Under the pieces are notes generated by a model. That model searched no databases. It saw only the letters and a program-made list of their open reading frames with translations, and was not told the DNA's origin. A stretch of 64,000 nt of DNA from Octopus vulgaris (lineage: Eukaryota): contig OX597817.1 in assembly GCA_951406725.2 (NCBI GenBank), positions 23,994,001-24,058,000 of the forward strand, given 5' to 3'. Shown here in pieces: positions 38,981-52,411 of this stretch; position 1 is the first letter of the stretch, and each line of letters starts with the position of its first letter. The translations under genes and the position numbers were made by a program.

Positions 38981-41900
38981 AACTATCATCTGCAGCCATT
39001 CTCTGTCAAGCTATCTCTTGACAAAATCTCTTCTTGAATAATATAGAAACTGAATTCTGTATTCCTTATACTTCATATGATAAGATTTCATTTTGAAATC
39101 TTGTGGGGCTATATACTCTGCTATGTTACAATATTGATTGTAACATACACGCAAAGTTTGTTGCGGAGCGTATAACTTATTCAACTGACCCCAGTACTTG
39201 AGTATAACTTTGTCGAAAAAAAAACGGTAAACTTGTCACCCAGCATGCATTGAACTCAAGAATGTATAGACATATCTAAATTCTATAAAGTATTTTGTAT
39301 GACGCTTACACTATTCTGCCAATACACCGGCTTATAATATCAAAATGTTGTCTTAGACAACGGTTCTCCAGTATTGGGAGACAAATAAAGCAGCAAACTT
39401 TCTCCAGCACGTTCTATCTGCTGCGTCAATTTCAACGGCAAACTGTATATTCGTCTTGATAGACTCCTTGGTAGCTCTTTTAATGTTTAATAGTTTTAGA
39501 GGTTATAGTCTTTAAGAGAAGAAAGTACCGCATCAGAAATAATGAGCAAATGTGTCTTTTCCGTTTATTGTTTGTTAAAAGAGTCTAAAGAATATAATAG
39601 AAAAAAGAGAATGTTTTCCTGAGGTGATGGAGATCAACAGTTAATATCCAACGAAAGAAAAACAAAACATGTCTACCGCCGATAGGTGGTAAGATACTAT
39701 TACAGAACAGTGAAAAGTTCCTTTTCTAGCAAAAAAGAGTTTTATGACATTTCAAAAAGTCTGAGTTTGTCTGTAAAGTTAAAATTAATTGTAAGTGTAT
39801 GGAATGAAAGAATAATACGTTCTCAAACTCTAACCATAACTGAATGTTACTGTGTATTTATAATAATGTGAATACGTATCGTCCAGGCGAGATTAATCTC
39901 GTGAGAATAAGAGACAGAGTAAGAGAGAGAGGGAAGAGAGACAGAGAGAGAGAAAGTAAGAGAGAGTAAGAGAGATGTGTGATAAGCAGGCCAACCAAGG
40001 TGGACAGAAAGTGAGAATGTTTATACACGTTAAAATTAGTTTAGCTAACTGGCCGCTATGTGAAGCAGCCAGCTTCTCTTTTATCAATTTGGGTTAAGAA
40101 GTTCTTATAAATAGATAATGGTAAGTTCCTGCAAATAGACTGAAGGGAATTTCCCAGTTCTTTTCATTAATCAGTTATAGCCAATGAAGAGCGTCGAGGT
40201 AACTTTGCTTACTCGATTAATATTTTGGCGCAAATTCATATCCAAAATAAATTTGACCAATGAGACGATGTTTTACAACTATAGCTGTAATTGACGTTTT
40301 TTTTATATGTATAAAGAACCTAAGAGAAGTTTGTGAAGGCAAAATCTCTACATATGAATCAAAATTATGTGATTTTGTAATTAAAGTTTAATATCTAACG
40401 ACAGATTATAGAAAACTTTGGATGAATCAACTTTTAGCGAATCGAGTCAGCAAACCTCCAAGTTTCATTGCGAGCCATCGTATTTACTTTCAAAAATTAT
40501 ATTGGCTTGATAATGACAACAGAACAGCAGTCATGAAGTACGAAGAAATATTCGGCCATATTTGCACTCTTCAAGTCTTATTTACACCATTTCTTAATTT
40601 GAGTTACCAATTTAACTGGATCAGTCCATACCATAGACTTAGAGATTCTTGTTGGTAACATTCGGTTAAAAAAAAACTGATTTATTTGTAAAAGTTTCGG
40701 AACTATTCATGTTAGCAAGCTTTTTAGAGACGTCCTAAGAGCAACTAAATGAAAGGAGATACTTTTTAGAAACACAGAATGCATACAGGTAAATTTCACA
40801 CACGTGGTCACTCGAGAAGTCCGTTTTTCTTACTCTTCAAGCTTGTAGTATCTTTGGCAAGGTATTCAGAAATTATGTAGGCGCAGCTGGACAAGAGGTC
40901 AAACGTGTTTCAGTTACCAAAATTCCTTATGTATGTATTGCAAGTAGTTGTATTTGAAGAACAGGATCATAGGCACAAGACCCTATGACACTTATTTCTA
41001 AAGCATGAGCCAAATTTATGACTAAATTCAAGGCTATGGTTTTGTTTTCTAATTATCTCATTAATATACGCGCTAAAGAGATTCTAACGGTGAATTACTG
41101 ATAAATACATTCGACTCTGTATATCATATAGCAACTATGATACTTTTGAAGTTACAGTCTAAGCTGACATTTTAAACTCTGTGGAAAATCATTTGCGGGT
41201 GATGAACGTGTTTCATTGGAAAGGCTTTTAGTGTAGTTACAGCATCTTCGTACATAGAGCAATAAAAAAACAATTTTCTTTCAAAGAATTTCAGATTAAG
41301 GATATCAGTTCCTTCGAATATAACTTTATGTTATGTAAAAATAAATGACCAATACTTAAATGTGCATGTAATCTCTGGATCCGTCAGTTCCAGATCGAGT
41401 CTTGCAAGTAGTAGTCCGTGTTGCATAACGATTATTACAACAGTCATTACATAAATTGACCGAGTAATCAAGGCAAAATAATTTTAAAACAGAATTTAAT
41501 TCACTAACGATTCCATTTAAAACAATATAGAGATAATAGTTTACAGAGTATTTACAGCAGCAGTAGGAGGTGCTACAACAGCAACTGACAGCTGCAGAAT
41601 TTCAGAATCTCGTGGAAACTCAACCATTTCCTTTGTTATTATAACAACATGGAATTATCACAGCAGTCAAATATAACTGATATCCAGCTGTTAAAGCACA
41701 TGCCATTCACATGTAAAGTAACCATGCAATAGTTAATTCATTCATAATCTCACAAATTTGACGAAGGAAAGAGTTGAGTTGTAAAGACAATTAAGCAATC
41801 ATTAAAAGTACTATTTAAATATTTTACAACTCTAAGCATCTATATTTTTTCTGTATTTTTTTCCTCTCATTTTAAATGTATCCATTTTAGTTCCTATGAA

Positions 41901-44165
41901 AAGCTAATCATACTCATTTTGGTATAAAACCATTTTCACAGTTGGATACCAAGGAAATTAAATAATGATCTCGTTGTCTATGATATAGCTGTTATTTTAT
42001 AATATTTACTCATGACTTTCCTGTTCTTCCATATATTCCTCTTCAATTGATTTGTAAAAACAATGATAGGGTTTTGTTGAGATGGGGAAACTTTGCTGAT
42101 TTTCTGAAGAATACCATATTTGCTTTTATAACTATTAAGGGGATAAATATTACATAACAATCCAAAACAATGAACCTAGTTGAATCATGCAACTCACCTA
42201 CACAATATTCTGTTAAATATATGGTCATAGACCAAAAATCAATATGATTTAGTTTGGTATACCTGGAATGTACTAAGCTAGCCATGCAGCAATGACTTTA
42301 CAGCTTAACTCTAATTTCTATCAAGTAATTACATTTAGTCCTTATTGAATAATCTCTTTGGGCGTAAATGAAAACCATTCTACCACATTCAAAATCCAGA
42401 AGATCACGTGATCTCTACAGTATCATAGCTTGCACTAAATTTACCTTATAACAATTTACACTTACTTTTTCCACATGATTCTCATATTGTCAGAAACAGT
42501 AGCTAAATCTTCCACAAACAACACTATCATTTAAATAAGCAAAAGAAAATATCAAATAAATGTTGCCATAGATTCACAGTGTCTGAAAAATAATTGGATG
42601 GTCATGAGTAGAACGCATTTTATAAAGATTCGATTACCAGATATTACCTGGGCTTAATCGATAGCCTGTAACATTTTCAAGCTAATTTATAATTGGGGGA
42701 ACCAGGCAAATACAAACAAATCATCAAATTTCAAATGCTCAGTTACATATTGGTAGTTTATATATAACCCAAATATATATAAATATATTTACTTTAAATC
42801 GAAGATACAATACTTCAAAGTTTCTAATTATTCTTTGAGGTGTATGAGTCAATGACTGTGTGTTTAATTTACATATATTGTGCTATATAATGCAAAAGTA
42901 TAACGAAGCCTTTTATGTGCTCAGATTAGGTATAATTATTATTTTAGTCTTTCACACGTAGGTTGTTAAATATATTAAACATTGGCAAATCTAATAATAT
43001 TCTTATTTTCAAAGGGCAATTAAGAATATTTCATGACATATTTCCGTGACTGTATGCCTCGCCTTAAAATGAGGTGAATAAATCTACTAATAAGGAAGAC
43101 TTTAATTCCTAGTATTGTAGTCTTAAGTTATCAAATTATAACTGATTTTAAAATAAGCACGTATCCTTTGGTTGGCTTTAAATTTAGATCTTTCATATCT
43201 GTTACCTGTTATTGGAATGTTCATATTATCAGTGTAACAGGCTGGTACTCACTCATTTTGAGAATACAGCCTTATAATCATTTCAGTATTATCAGGTATT
43301 TTTGGAAGGCTTTTCAAATATTTGAGGCATCAAACAAGTAGATAAACCTGTCTATACCTCAGACTAAGTAAAAGTGATTTTCAAGTACTCGGTTGATAAA
43401 TAACCCAGGGACTGGATAGGAATACCTTATAGTGGTAGGTAATCTGCATAGCTCATTTCTAAGTATAACAGCTCAAAGTAAAGCAACGAAAGTAATTGAA
43501 TTATTATGATTCACAGACGTTACGCAAATTGTATCTGCTGACGTAGACATGGAGAATAACAACCACATCTAACTGAAACCGCAAAGATTCAAAAATGGAC
43601 AAACTGAGGACAGCCTCAGATTTATGGAAACTTCATTCCAAGAATAAAATAAATGGTCCTTATCATCATCATCGTTGTCATCGTCTCATTCTACATCAGG
43701 TTTTCCAAGCTTGCATGGTTTGGTAGGGCTTCCGTACAGTATCCCATATTTTCATGTTGACATAACAAAAAGAAAATGCAACTGAAAAATTTCAAAGCAA
43801 AGCCGTATCAACCAGCAAGTATCTTTCTGAAAGACTGCCACAGTCGAATATTTGTTAGTCTAGTAGCAAATCATACACATAAAAAATCACTAAAGCAAAC
43901 CTAGAATCATCACAACAGATTTACCTAATGATAGATAGACTTGGGTGCTTAGAACAATTTGCAACGTAGTCTCAAGGTAATTATTGCTAGAAGGCCTAGA
44001 GGAATTGCCACAGATTAAAAATAAGATAAACATTTGATGTCAACAAAAACTGAGAGTTTGGAGAATGGTTCATTCAGTCGTAGGGCATTGAAAGTTTAAC
44101 AGACACTTTATTGAAGAGCAAGAGCTTAAAACATGACTTCCTACTTCTCACAGTAATTAAACTTA

Positions 44166-45455
44166 CGAGGGGCGTTCAATAAGTAATGCCCCTGACCCAC
44201 TTCCCATAGCAGTAGAGCAACGAAACTTGGCACAGTTATTAGTCTTTTTCTACATAGGAACCACTCAGAGTTACACATTTCTCCCATCGTTTGATGCAAC
44301 TCTGGAGACCGTTTTTGTAGAAGACCCCAGCTTGGTCCTCCAACCACGACGTGACTTCAGAAATCAAGGCTGCATCATTTGGGAAACGCTTTCCTTTCAA
44401 AAACAACTTCATGGCTGGGAAGAGGTGAAAATCAGAGGGTGCAAGATCAGGAGAGTAGGGGGATGGGGGAGGAGTTCATAGCCGCACGACTGTGCTTCTG
44501 ATCTGGCGACACGCGAGTTGTAGACCGGAGTGTTGTCCTACAGGAGGAGGATGCCTTTGCTGATCTTACCCCGCCTCTTGATTTTGATAATTTCTCTTAA
44601 TTTCCTCAAAAGTGAAGCATAATAGGCTCCTGTAATTGTGGTACCCTTTGCCAGGAAATCTGTCATCACTACTCCGTCCTGGTCCCAGAAGACTGTGAGC
44701 ATGACCTTGCCAGCGGAGGGCTGCACCCTTGCCTTCTTTGGAGGAGGTGAGTCACGGTGCTTCCACTGCATTGACTGTGCTTTGGTCTCTGGATCATAGT
44801 GATGGACCCAGGTTTCATCCTGTGTAATCAGTCTTTTGAAAAATTTTGACTCATCTTCTTGGCACATCTCCAAATTCATCCTCGAGCACTCAACACGTTC
44901 TTGCCTCTGGAAAGGTGTGAGCAACCTGAGAATCCATCTGGCAGACACCTTTTGCATATGCAAATGGTCATGAATGATAGTTTCCACAGACCCGGTACTA
45001 AACTTGACCTCATGGGCTATTTGGCGAATAGTTATGCATCGATCTTCCAAAATGGCAGCCTCAACTTGACGGACAGATGCCTCATCAATGGCAGAAGGGG
45101 GCGACCAGATCTGGGAGCTGTTTCCACAGAGTTCCAACCATGTTTGAATTCACGATGCCAGCGTTTTACAAGGTCATATGATGGGGCATCATCACCATAA
45201 GTTACTTTCATTTCATCAAAAGTCTCCCGTGGTGTGAGTCCTTTCAAATACAAAAACCGGATCACTGCTCGACACTCAACAGGCTCCATTTCACACTTGA
45301 CTCAGTTCAAACACCTGTCTATCAGAAACACAATTAGTTCAGAGCTGTAATTTGCCACCTAATCTATAGAGATATAAATAATTGCACATGTAAATTTTCA
45401 GCTAGATCAAACAACTGCAAGTGGGTCAGAGGCATTACTTATTGAACGCCCCTCG
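44166..45455 (-). mobile_element. Full-length mariner transposon (1290 bp), irritans-like
   Basis: 37-bp TIRs CGAGGGGCGTTCAATAAGTAATGCC(C/T)CTGACCCACTT with 1 mismatch. TA TSD on both sides. Confidence 0.97.
44239..45289 (-). pseudogene. Mariner DD34D transposase with two frameshifts and one premature stop
   Basis: MEPVECRAVIRFLYLKG...RSGRP, KVSARWILRLLT, ITQDETWVHHYDPE, LLL*DNTP, YSPDLAPSDFHLF and KRWEKCVTLSGSYVEKD*. 34 residues between D2 and D3 after frame repair. Confidence 0.95.
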
Positions 45456-46339
45456 TATCAAAATTTTGAGAAATTGTTTTGCAATAAAGTTAAAACTTAT
45501 TAAAATTTAGGAAGACAATGTGCACTGAAAAACTTTTATACCTCCAGTAAAATAAAATACTTTAATCGGATTAAAACATACAACCGACTGTACAAACTTA
45601 ATTTCCATTCTTAGCATAGACAGAAATACAATTAATGACAAATAAAACTGATTAAGAATTGTAAATCTGCATAGTGACAGGAAATAAATGTCACGGTGAA
45701 GATATCATATATACATGTGAGGATACGACAGCTCTGCGATGATGGCATCACACTTATACTCTGCAACACTCTATACAAAACAATTGAAAGGACAATACGA
45801 TGTTCAGGCTGGGGAATACTCCAAAAAAATATATATATAGGTGCAAAAGAAATTCTATATTAATTACTTAATTCTATATTAAGCATTTTAATAAATACTA
45901 ATAAATATATATTACACTTTTATTACCATGATTCCTATAGAAAAAATTCCGGTTTATTTTCCTTTAGCATTTTGACCGTTGCTGAAATGAATTCCAGTCA
46001 CAAGTTTGTGCTAAATTTCCATTGTATGAAGTAAACTTTTGTATATGAAGACCATAACATCTTTTACTGAAGGGCTTTTTAATACTCATGTACAAAAGCA
46101 ACATTGCTTTTCTTATATCGTACAAATGTTAAGCAAATTACAATGTCAAGCGAATTGTAATTTATAACATATCTTCTAGCAGATCAAATTATCAAAGAAT
46201 GCAGAATTTCATTCATTGAATGTCAAAACAAATGCATCAGACAATGGTAAAACAGGAAATAGAATATGCACTGTATCCCAGCATGGACCCAGCCCTTGAG
46301 CTGAAACCAGTAAAACAAAATCCTTTCTACTACAGGCCT

Positions 46340-46522
46340 GAAATTCTGGGGGAGAGGGATAGTCGATTACATCAACTCCACTACATAACTGGGACTTATT
46401 TTATTGATTCCGAAAGGATGAGAGGTAAAATCGACCTCGGCGGAATTTGAACTCAGAACGTAAAAACGGACGAAATACTGCAAAGTATATTGTCCGGTGT
46501 GCTAACGACTCTGCTAGCTCAT
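46340..46522 (-). mobile_element. Older diverged SINE family D-related copy
   Basis: CGAAAGGATGAGAGGTAAAATCGACCTCGGCGGAATTTGAACTCAGAACGTAA matches family D. Confidence 0.75.
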
Positions 46523-47013
46523 CCCATTAACACACACTAATATGACAACCGCAAACAATCTTCATTTACTCACACAAAAATAACTTCCCTTAAATTAAAA
46601 TCCCAGTCGTTGCACAAAAATCTCAAACCAAAACAATACTCACGATGCACAATTTACATAAAACATATACATTTTGGCAATCGTAAAATAGGAAAATGTT
46701 CTTGCACAAATCTTACAGAGAGCATAACTTAGGATATATCTAATAGTAATTTATCAGAAAAACATTAAAAATATTTAAATATTTAAAGTTTCTTTTTTCA
46801 TAAATAACGACTCAACGAATATTCTTCAAAGTATGTGTGCAAGATGTGATAGATAAATTTGATTGCAATCATGGTAGTTTTCAATATTACTTTTCTACAC
46901 TTCTCATACGAATATTGCACTGGCATAAAAGTTAAAACTGAATACGGCATCTGGTAATAAAATAATACCGTATCAAATATTATTTGCATTGCTCTTTCTT
47001 TCTCACTTCTCTC

Positions 47014-47068
<55 letters not shown>

Positions 47069-47164
47069 CGGGAAGCTTTATGAAAATAAACAAAAGACGA
47101 AGGCAGGTGGAATACAAACAAACAATTGTATTAGTATGGCGCTCAGGAATATAAATAAAACAAG

Positions 47165-47202
47165 TCTTTTACGTTTCGAGCCTACGCTCTTCAACAGAAA
47201 GA
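47165..47202 (-). ncRNA. Minimal type I hammerhead-like motif (core variant CUGUUGA)
   Basis: UCUUU CUGUUGA A GAGC GUAG GCUC GAAA CG UA AAAGA. Confidence 0.55.
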
Positions 47203-47278
47203 TACACAGAAAAGAAACACGGAGAGAAACAAGGAGAGAAGAAAAATGCGTGCAGAAGCTAGCGAATCAACATGGCGA

Positions 47279-47344
<66 letters not shown>

Positions 47345-47515
47345 GGGTTCAGCAAAGATTTGTTTTACCACATACCGAAGTTTAGAAATAGCAGCAAAAG
47401 AACCTTAGCTATTTCCCCTACTTTAAAAAGAAGCTCCCGGACAGAAACAAAGTACTCGAAAACAATCTACGCAGACAGAGAGGAAAAATAACGAAAATCA
47501 ATCGATATCTGATTA

Positions 47516-47598
47516 CCCATGAACGTGTTTCGGAATTAGATTGGTATAAAGAATGTAGAATTTATACTTTACCCAAACATTTTCTTCTTCAGCATAGG
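47516..47598 (-). ncRNA. Type I hammerhead motif with long stem II
   Basis: CCUAUG CUGAAGA [~54 nt including GUAUAAA/UUUAUAC] GAAA CACG UU CAUGGG. Core intact, 6-bp stem I. Confidence 0.6.
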
Positions 47599-47928
47599 AC
47601 TTCACAATATTAAATCCGAAGGCACTGGAAGAATCGAATATACCTCTCCAACTAACAGTATCAGACAGATCATATTCAACGTCCAGTACCGCCGAATTCA
47701 AAATATACGAATGAGGTTCATCACCTTCCCCTGCCTATCCACGTGTGTCGTCAAGTAAAAATCTACAGAAAAAATCTGTAGTTTATTATCAGGGAGAAAA
47801 TTATATTATCAATAATAACAAAGGGTAAAAATTCTACTTGGTGAAATGATTGATTACTAGTTAATTCTACCCTTTGTTATTATATATATACATATGCATA
47901 GTTCAAAATTGCATAGAAGGTCTTGAAA

Positions 47929-47974
47929 CCACCTAATGAATGTCCATAGAAGTGACAAGAAACGATGGTAGTGG
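47929..47974 (+). ncRNA. Degenerate type I hammerhead (core CUAAUGA)
   Basis: CCAC CUAAUGA A UGUC CAUAGAAGU GACA A GAAA CGAUGG UA GUGG. Confidence 0.5.
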
Positions 47975-48161
47975 ATATCTTAATTATATTTAATTTATAT
48001 GAAATTTTTTATGTATTGGATTAAGTCTTTCTTTGTTTGATTTGCATAATAGTGGTTTTGTCTCTAATTAATATTATATTATATTTTACTATAAAATTGG
48101 ATTCAATCCTAAATCTGATTTTTCCCTGTAAATTTGGATTTATTCCCTAATATTTATTATA

Positions 48162-48201
<40 letters not shown>

Positions 48202-48327
48202 GGTCCCGGGTTGATTCGGGGTTAACCACAGTAAGTAAGGTACTCAATACATAGCAGAGTAAAATTAATTTATTATATAGAAGGAGCTTCTACAGGACTA
48301 GTACTGTTTCATTCAAGAGAAATCTTC

Positions 48328-48367
<40 letters not shown>

Positions 48368-48384
48368 ATATAAATCTATGAGCA

Positions 48385-48780
48385 GAGGCAGGAAACTCAT
48401 ATCAAGTTAACAGTGAGTGCCTAATACAACAAAAAAGGTGTACCCTATGAATCAGAAGTAGCCTCGATAACACAATGGGACGGCGCATATAGAGGAATAC
48501 GATGGGCGAACAAAGGATCCCTTTAAAGCCAGAATGAGTAATCACACATCCTATGATAGAGTCCTGGAAAAGCGTAATTCACAACTTTTACCATCTATGA
48601 ATGACGATTAAATAGGAAAAAGTACTGTATAACATCAACCGGTTTCTGCTCTAGACATTATGCTAATGGAAGTAGGAGATGCATACTCTGAATGATGGAG
48701 AAGAAAATTATTCTACAAGACATTCAGTTAAAGTTTCAGATATTGTGAAAGAAAGGAAAACTTATTCCTCATGGGTTGGT
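48385..48780 (+). pseudogene. Penelope-like GIY-YIG endonuclease remnant
   Basis: EEYDGRTKDPFKARMSNHTSYDRVLEKRNS and HYANGSRRCIL*MMEKKIIL. Confidence 0.7.
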
Positions 48781-48828
48781 TACCGGCTAACCAACTCATT
48801 ATATGTAAGCTGTGTATGAATTGTTCTC

Positions 48829-49242
48829 AGATGCAGGAGTGGCTGTGTAGTAAGTAGCTTGCTTACCAACCACATGGTTCCGGGTTCAGTCCCACTGCGT
48901 GGCACCTTGGGCAAGTGTCTTCTACTATAGCCTCGGGTCGACCAAGTGAGTGGATTTGGTAGACGGAAACTGAAAGAAGCCCGTCGTATATATATATATG
49001 TATGTGTGTGTGAGTGTGTGTATTTATGTGTTTGTGTTTGTCCCCCCAACATCGCTTTACAACCGATAGTTGTGTGTTTACGTGCCCGTAACTTAGTGGT
49101 TCGGCAAAATAGACCGATAGAATAAGTACTAGGCTTACAAAGAATAAGTCCTGGGGTCGATTTGCTCGACTAAAGGCGGTGCTCCAGCATGGCCGCAGTC
49201 AAATGACTGAAACAAGTAAAAGAGTAAAAGAATAAAAGAGTA
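48829..49242 (+). mobile_element. SINE family C
   Basis: Matches the other family C copies. Confidence 0.92.
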
Positions 49243-49718
49243 GTTCAAAAGTGGGTATGACCGAGTTGCCAAAATTAATTTGCGCTTAGAAAGCAGTGTC
49301 AAAGCCTGACAAGAGTCTTCCTGTGTTACCATCACATGAATTAATGATAGGCTCTGAAACATGTGCTATTCTGCTACTATATAAAATAATATGAGACTAG
49401 CAAACATTAATACAGATGAATTATCAAAGTTACTAAGATGAATAAGCTCTCAATTTGATGCCAAGAATTTCAACATGAATCAGAAAGTGTCATATACAAT
49501 TCAGATAGATCAAAAGAACGGTTACTATGTCAAGCAGAAAATTTCCAAGACAAATGCTGAAGAATGTTATAGTCAGACATAGCAGGAAAATTCCTTTCTC
49601 AATGAACCGAAAATATGGCAATAGATCAACAGAAACTGAATTAGTATTAAAGGCCCCAAAGTTTCGTTCATTATTACACAGCAGTGAAACAAAATAGTTC
49701 GGAGAAAATATATTACTA

Positions 49719-50222
49719 CCGTAAATCCTCGAGTATAATCCGCATTTTTTCCCAAAATGTAAAGGTCAAAATCCCTACTGCGTATTATATACGAGGTTAA
49801 AAATGAAAAATATTTTCTAAGCAAAGTCCGAGTCGCTATTTGCTGTCCGGCAATGTTTATTCAGACGCATTTTGTGATGTCGGGGGCGAAAATACCTTAA
49901 TCTAAGCCTGAAAGCAATGAAGTCATAAAAGAATCATCCATAATTCGCAGTAAGCAACATTTATTAAACGTTATTACTGCTATTTGTTTATTTTCTGCAA
50001 ACAAAATGCACAAAAAAGCTACACGTTTGCATTATGTTATATATACAATAATAATAAAGGACGTTAGATTTTTACAACCCAAGGACGTTATATAGACTTC
50101 CTTGACTCAAGTTAGAGAAGAGGTGCATATTATACACAAGGTTTAGGTTTTTCAGAGGTACAGCTCCCCCAAAATTCCCTGATTATTATACTCAAGGGCG
50201 GCCTATACTCGAGGATTTACGG
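49719..50222. mobile_element. Tc2/pogo-type MITE, 504 bp
   Basis: Perfect 19-bp TIR CCGTAAATCCTCGAGTATA (25 bp with 2 mismatches). TA TSD. Subterminal repeats of the TATTATA..C motif. Confidence 0.9.
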
Positions 50223-50364
50223 TATATGTTTTTTTTATATTACTATATAATATTAGGCTGAGGAAAAAGCTTATGCACCATGTTAAAATAATGCTTTTTT
50301 TAAATGTATTATTGTGGTGTGTGTGTGTTCGTTCAGTTCGTGTCATGTTCAATGGTGACTCACT

Positions 50365-50715
50365 GTTGAAAAGTACCCAAGACTTGTTCGTTGAAAATGC
50401 GCTTTGTTTCAACAAGACAATGCAAAGCCGCATACCGCCAGAAAGATCAGCAAAAAGATAGAAGAATTGGATAGTGTGGAAGTTCTGCCACATCCAGCCT
50501 ATAGTCCAGACGTCGCTCCATCTGACTACGTTCTCTTCCGATCAATGCGGCTCTTTATGAAAGGTCACCGATTTGAGTGATTCGATGAAGCTGAAGAGGT
50601 CTGTCAAGAATTTTTCGATTCACAGCCGAAGTATTGGTATTTTGACCAAATCCGAAAGCTTGCAGATCGTTGGCAGAAGGTCGTGGAAAATGATAGTTTT
50701 TATTTTGAAGAATAG
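50365..50715 (+). pseudogene. Mariner transposase C-terminal fragment
   Basis: ALFQQDNAKPHTARKISKKIEELDSVEVLPHPAYSPDVAPSDYVLFRSM...LADRWQKVVENDSFYFEE*, with one internal stop. Not in the ORF track. Confidence 0.9.
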
Positions 50716-51618
50716 TTGCAACAATATATATATTTAGAGAGAGAGGGGGAGAGGGAGATCGAAAGACGCTCGTACATATAGTCACATAGATATATACAAA
50801 AATAAACATAGATTTGCACACCCTAATATATAGTTGTATAAATATATACGAAATAAATAAGTAAATACTAATGAAAGCATGATTCTATGTGCATCGCCAT
50901 CTCTATGGCACCAAATATATATACATACACACACACACACACATGCATGCATACATACATACATACATACATACATACACACATACATACATACATACAT
51001 ACATACAATAAATGTATATAGACTCATACAGATATTCTGTATCTGTATGGGTTTCTATACGTGTATTGTATGTTTGTAGCTATATTTTACTCCATACATA
51101 TGGCGATGCACTTAGATTCATGTCTCTATTATCATTTATCATTTATTTTATTTATTTATTTATTTATTTATTTCACATATATGTATATAAGTGATATTCA
51201 CACAGGAAAAGATACAAATATATGCACACATATACAGACACACATACATATATATATATATATATGTCGAAGATACGTCTCGCTTTTATCCTTCGAAACG
51301 TAGAGTAGATGAAAGCTTTAGCGACTGAAGAATGGGTTTTTCCTTGTGTTAATTGTCCTGTATTCTATTTTTTTGCTGTTTTTAAATAAATGTCCAGTTC
51401 CTTTGGTTTGTGTCTATGTTTTCGTTTCTCATTGTGTTCGACGTCTTTTTTGGTGTCCTGTACTCATATATGCGTGTATATGTACACGTAGAGGTAGGTA
51501 CGTACATATATGTTTATATATATACATATGTTTCATTTTATTTATTAATATATATATATATATATATAGTTAGGCAGATATATGCATACCTACACACATA
51601 CATATATATATATATATA

Positions 51619-52003
51619 CTAGCAGTATCGCCCGGCGTTGCTCAGGTTTGTAAGGGAAATAACTATAAAGCATTTTTAGAGAGTTATAGCCAAAAAATAG
51701 CAAAAAAATGGAAAAAAAAAATGATGGTAAATTTTTTTTGAGATTTAAAAAAGGTGGAGTTGCGTCCCCTAGACAGTTTGTGGTTTGTGTTTCTCATTGT
51801 CGACCCCATGTCGAATTTATCAATTTTTTTCAGAACTGGGGGAACTTTTCAAAATTTTCGCTGCGTTAGTTTTGAATTATGACATTGGGCTATGTGTGTG
51901 TCAAGTTTCATCAGAATCGGTTGAAAGCCGTGGTCAGGGTGAGGGTACAAGCAAACAGACACACAGAAACACGCACAAACTGTCGTTTATATATATATAG
52001 AGA
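51619..52003 (-). mobile_element. Non-autonomous Helitron
   Basis: A|TCTCTATATATATATAAAC...TGTGTCTGTTTG 5' end. The 3' ~70 bp is nearly identical to the 12410 element and ends CTAG|T. Confidence 0.8.
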
Positions 52004-52036
52004 TATATATATAGTTAGGCAGATATATGCATACCT

Positions 52037-52164
<128 letters not shown>

Positions 52165-52363
52165 TCATATATATACCATGTGAGTACTATTGGAACTTAC
52201 TCACAGAATACAGGAATCTTATATATATATATACCACCCTGCCTAAATAATGGAACTGCAGAAACAATATCCCTGCATATCTCACGTCTATTTTATTCCT
52301 CCACTTCACTCTCTATTTCATATCCTATCTAGAATAACTATTGCTTAACCATCTTCTCATACT

Positions 52364-52411
52364 GTCTCCGATGAAAGGATATATAAAATATCTCAGAAAC
52401 ATCTGTTAGAC
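52364..52411 (+). ncRNA. Degenerate type I hammerhead (core CCGAUGA) in a Penelope-like fragment
   Basis: GUCU CCGAUGA AA GGAUAU AUAAA AUAUCU CA GAAA CA UC UG UU AGAC. Confidence 0.5.

Larger units (their letters stand above)
47087..48330. mobile_element. Four different Penelope-like pseudo-LTR fragments separated by (TA)n tracts
   Basis: Segments 47087-47280, 47343-47885, 47900-48165 and 48199-48330. Each is bounded by (TA)n and carries a hammerhead-like core. 16-bp inverted repeat at 47812-47827 / 47868-47883. Confidence 0.7.

Noticed and set aside
40106-40113. TATAAATA as a TATA box
   Set aside because: Common by chance in AT-rich DNA and too close to the ATG at 40118 to serve it.
44227-45200. 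Plus-strand ORFs of 84 and 113 aa
   Set aside because: Antisense shadows of the mariner transposase.
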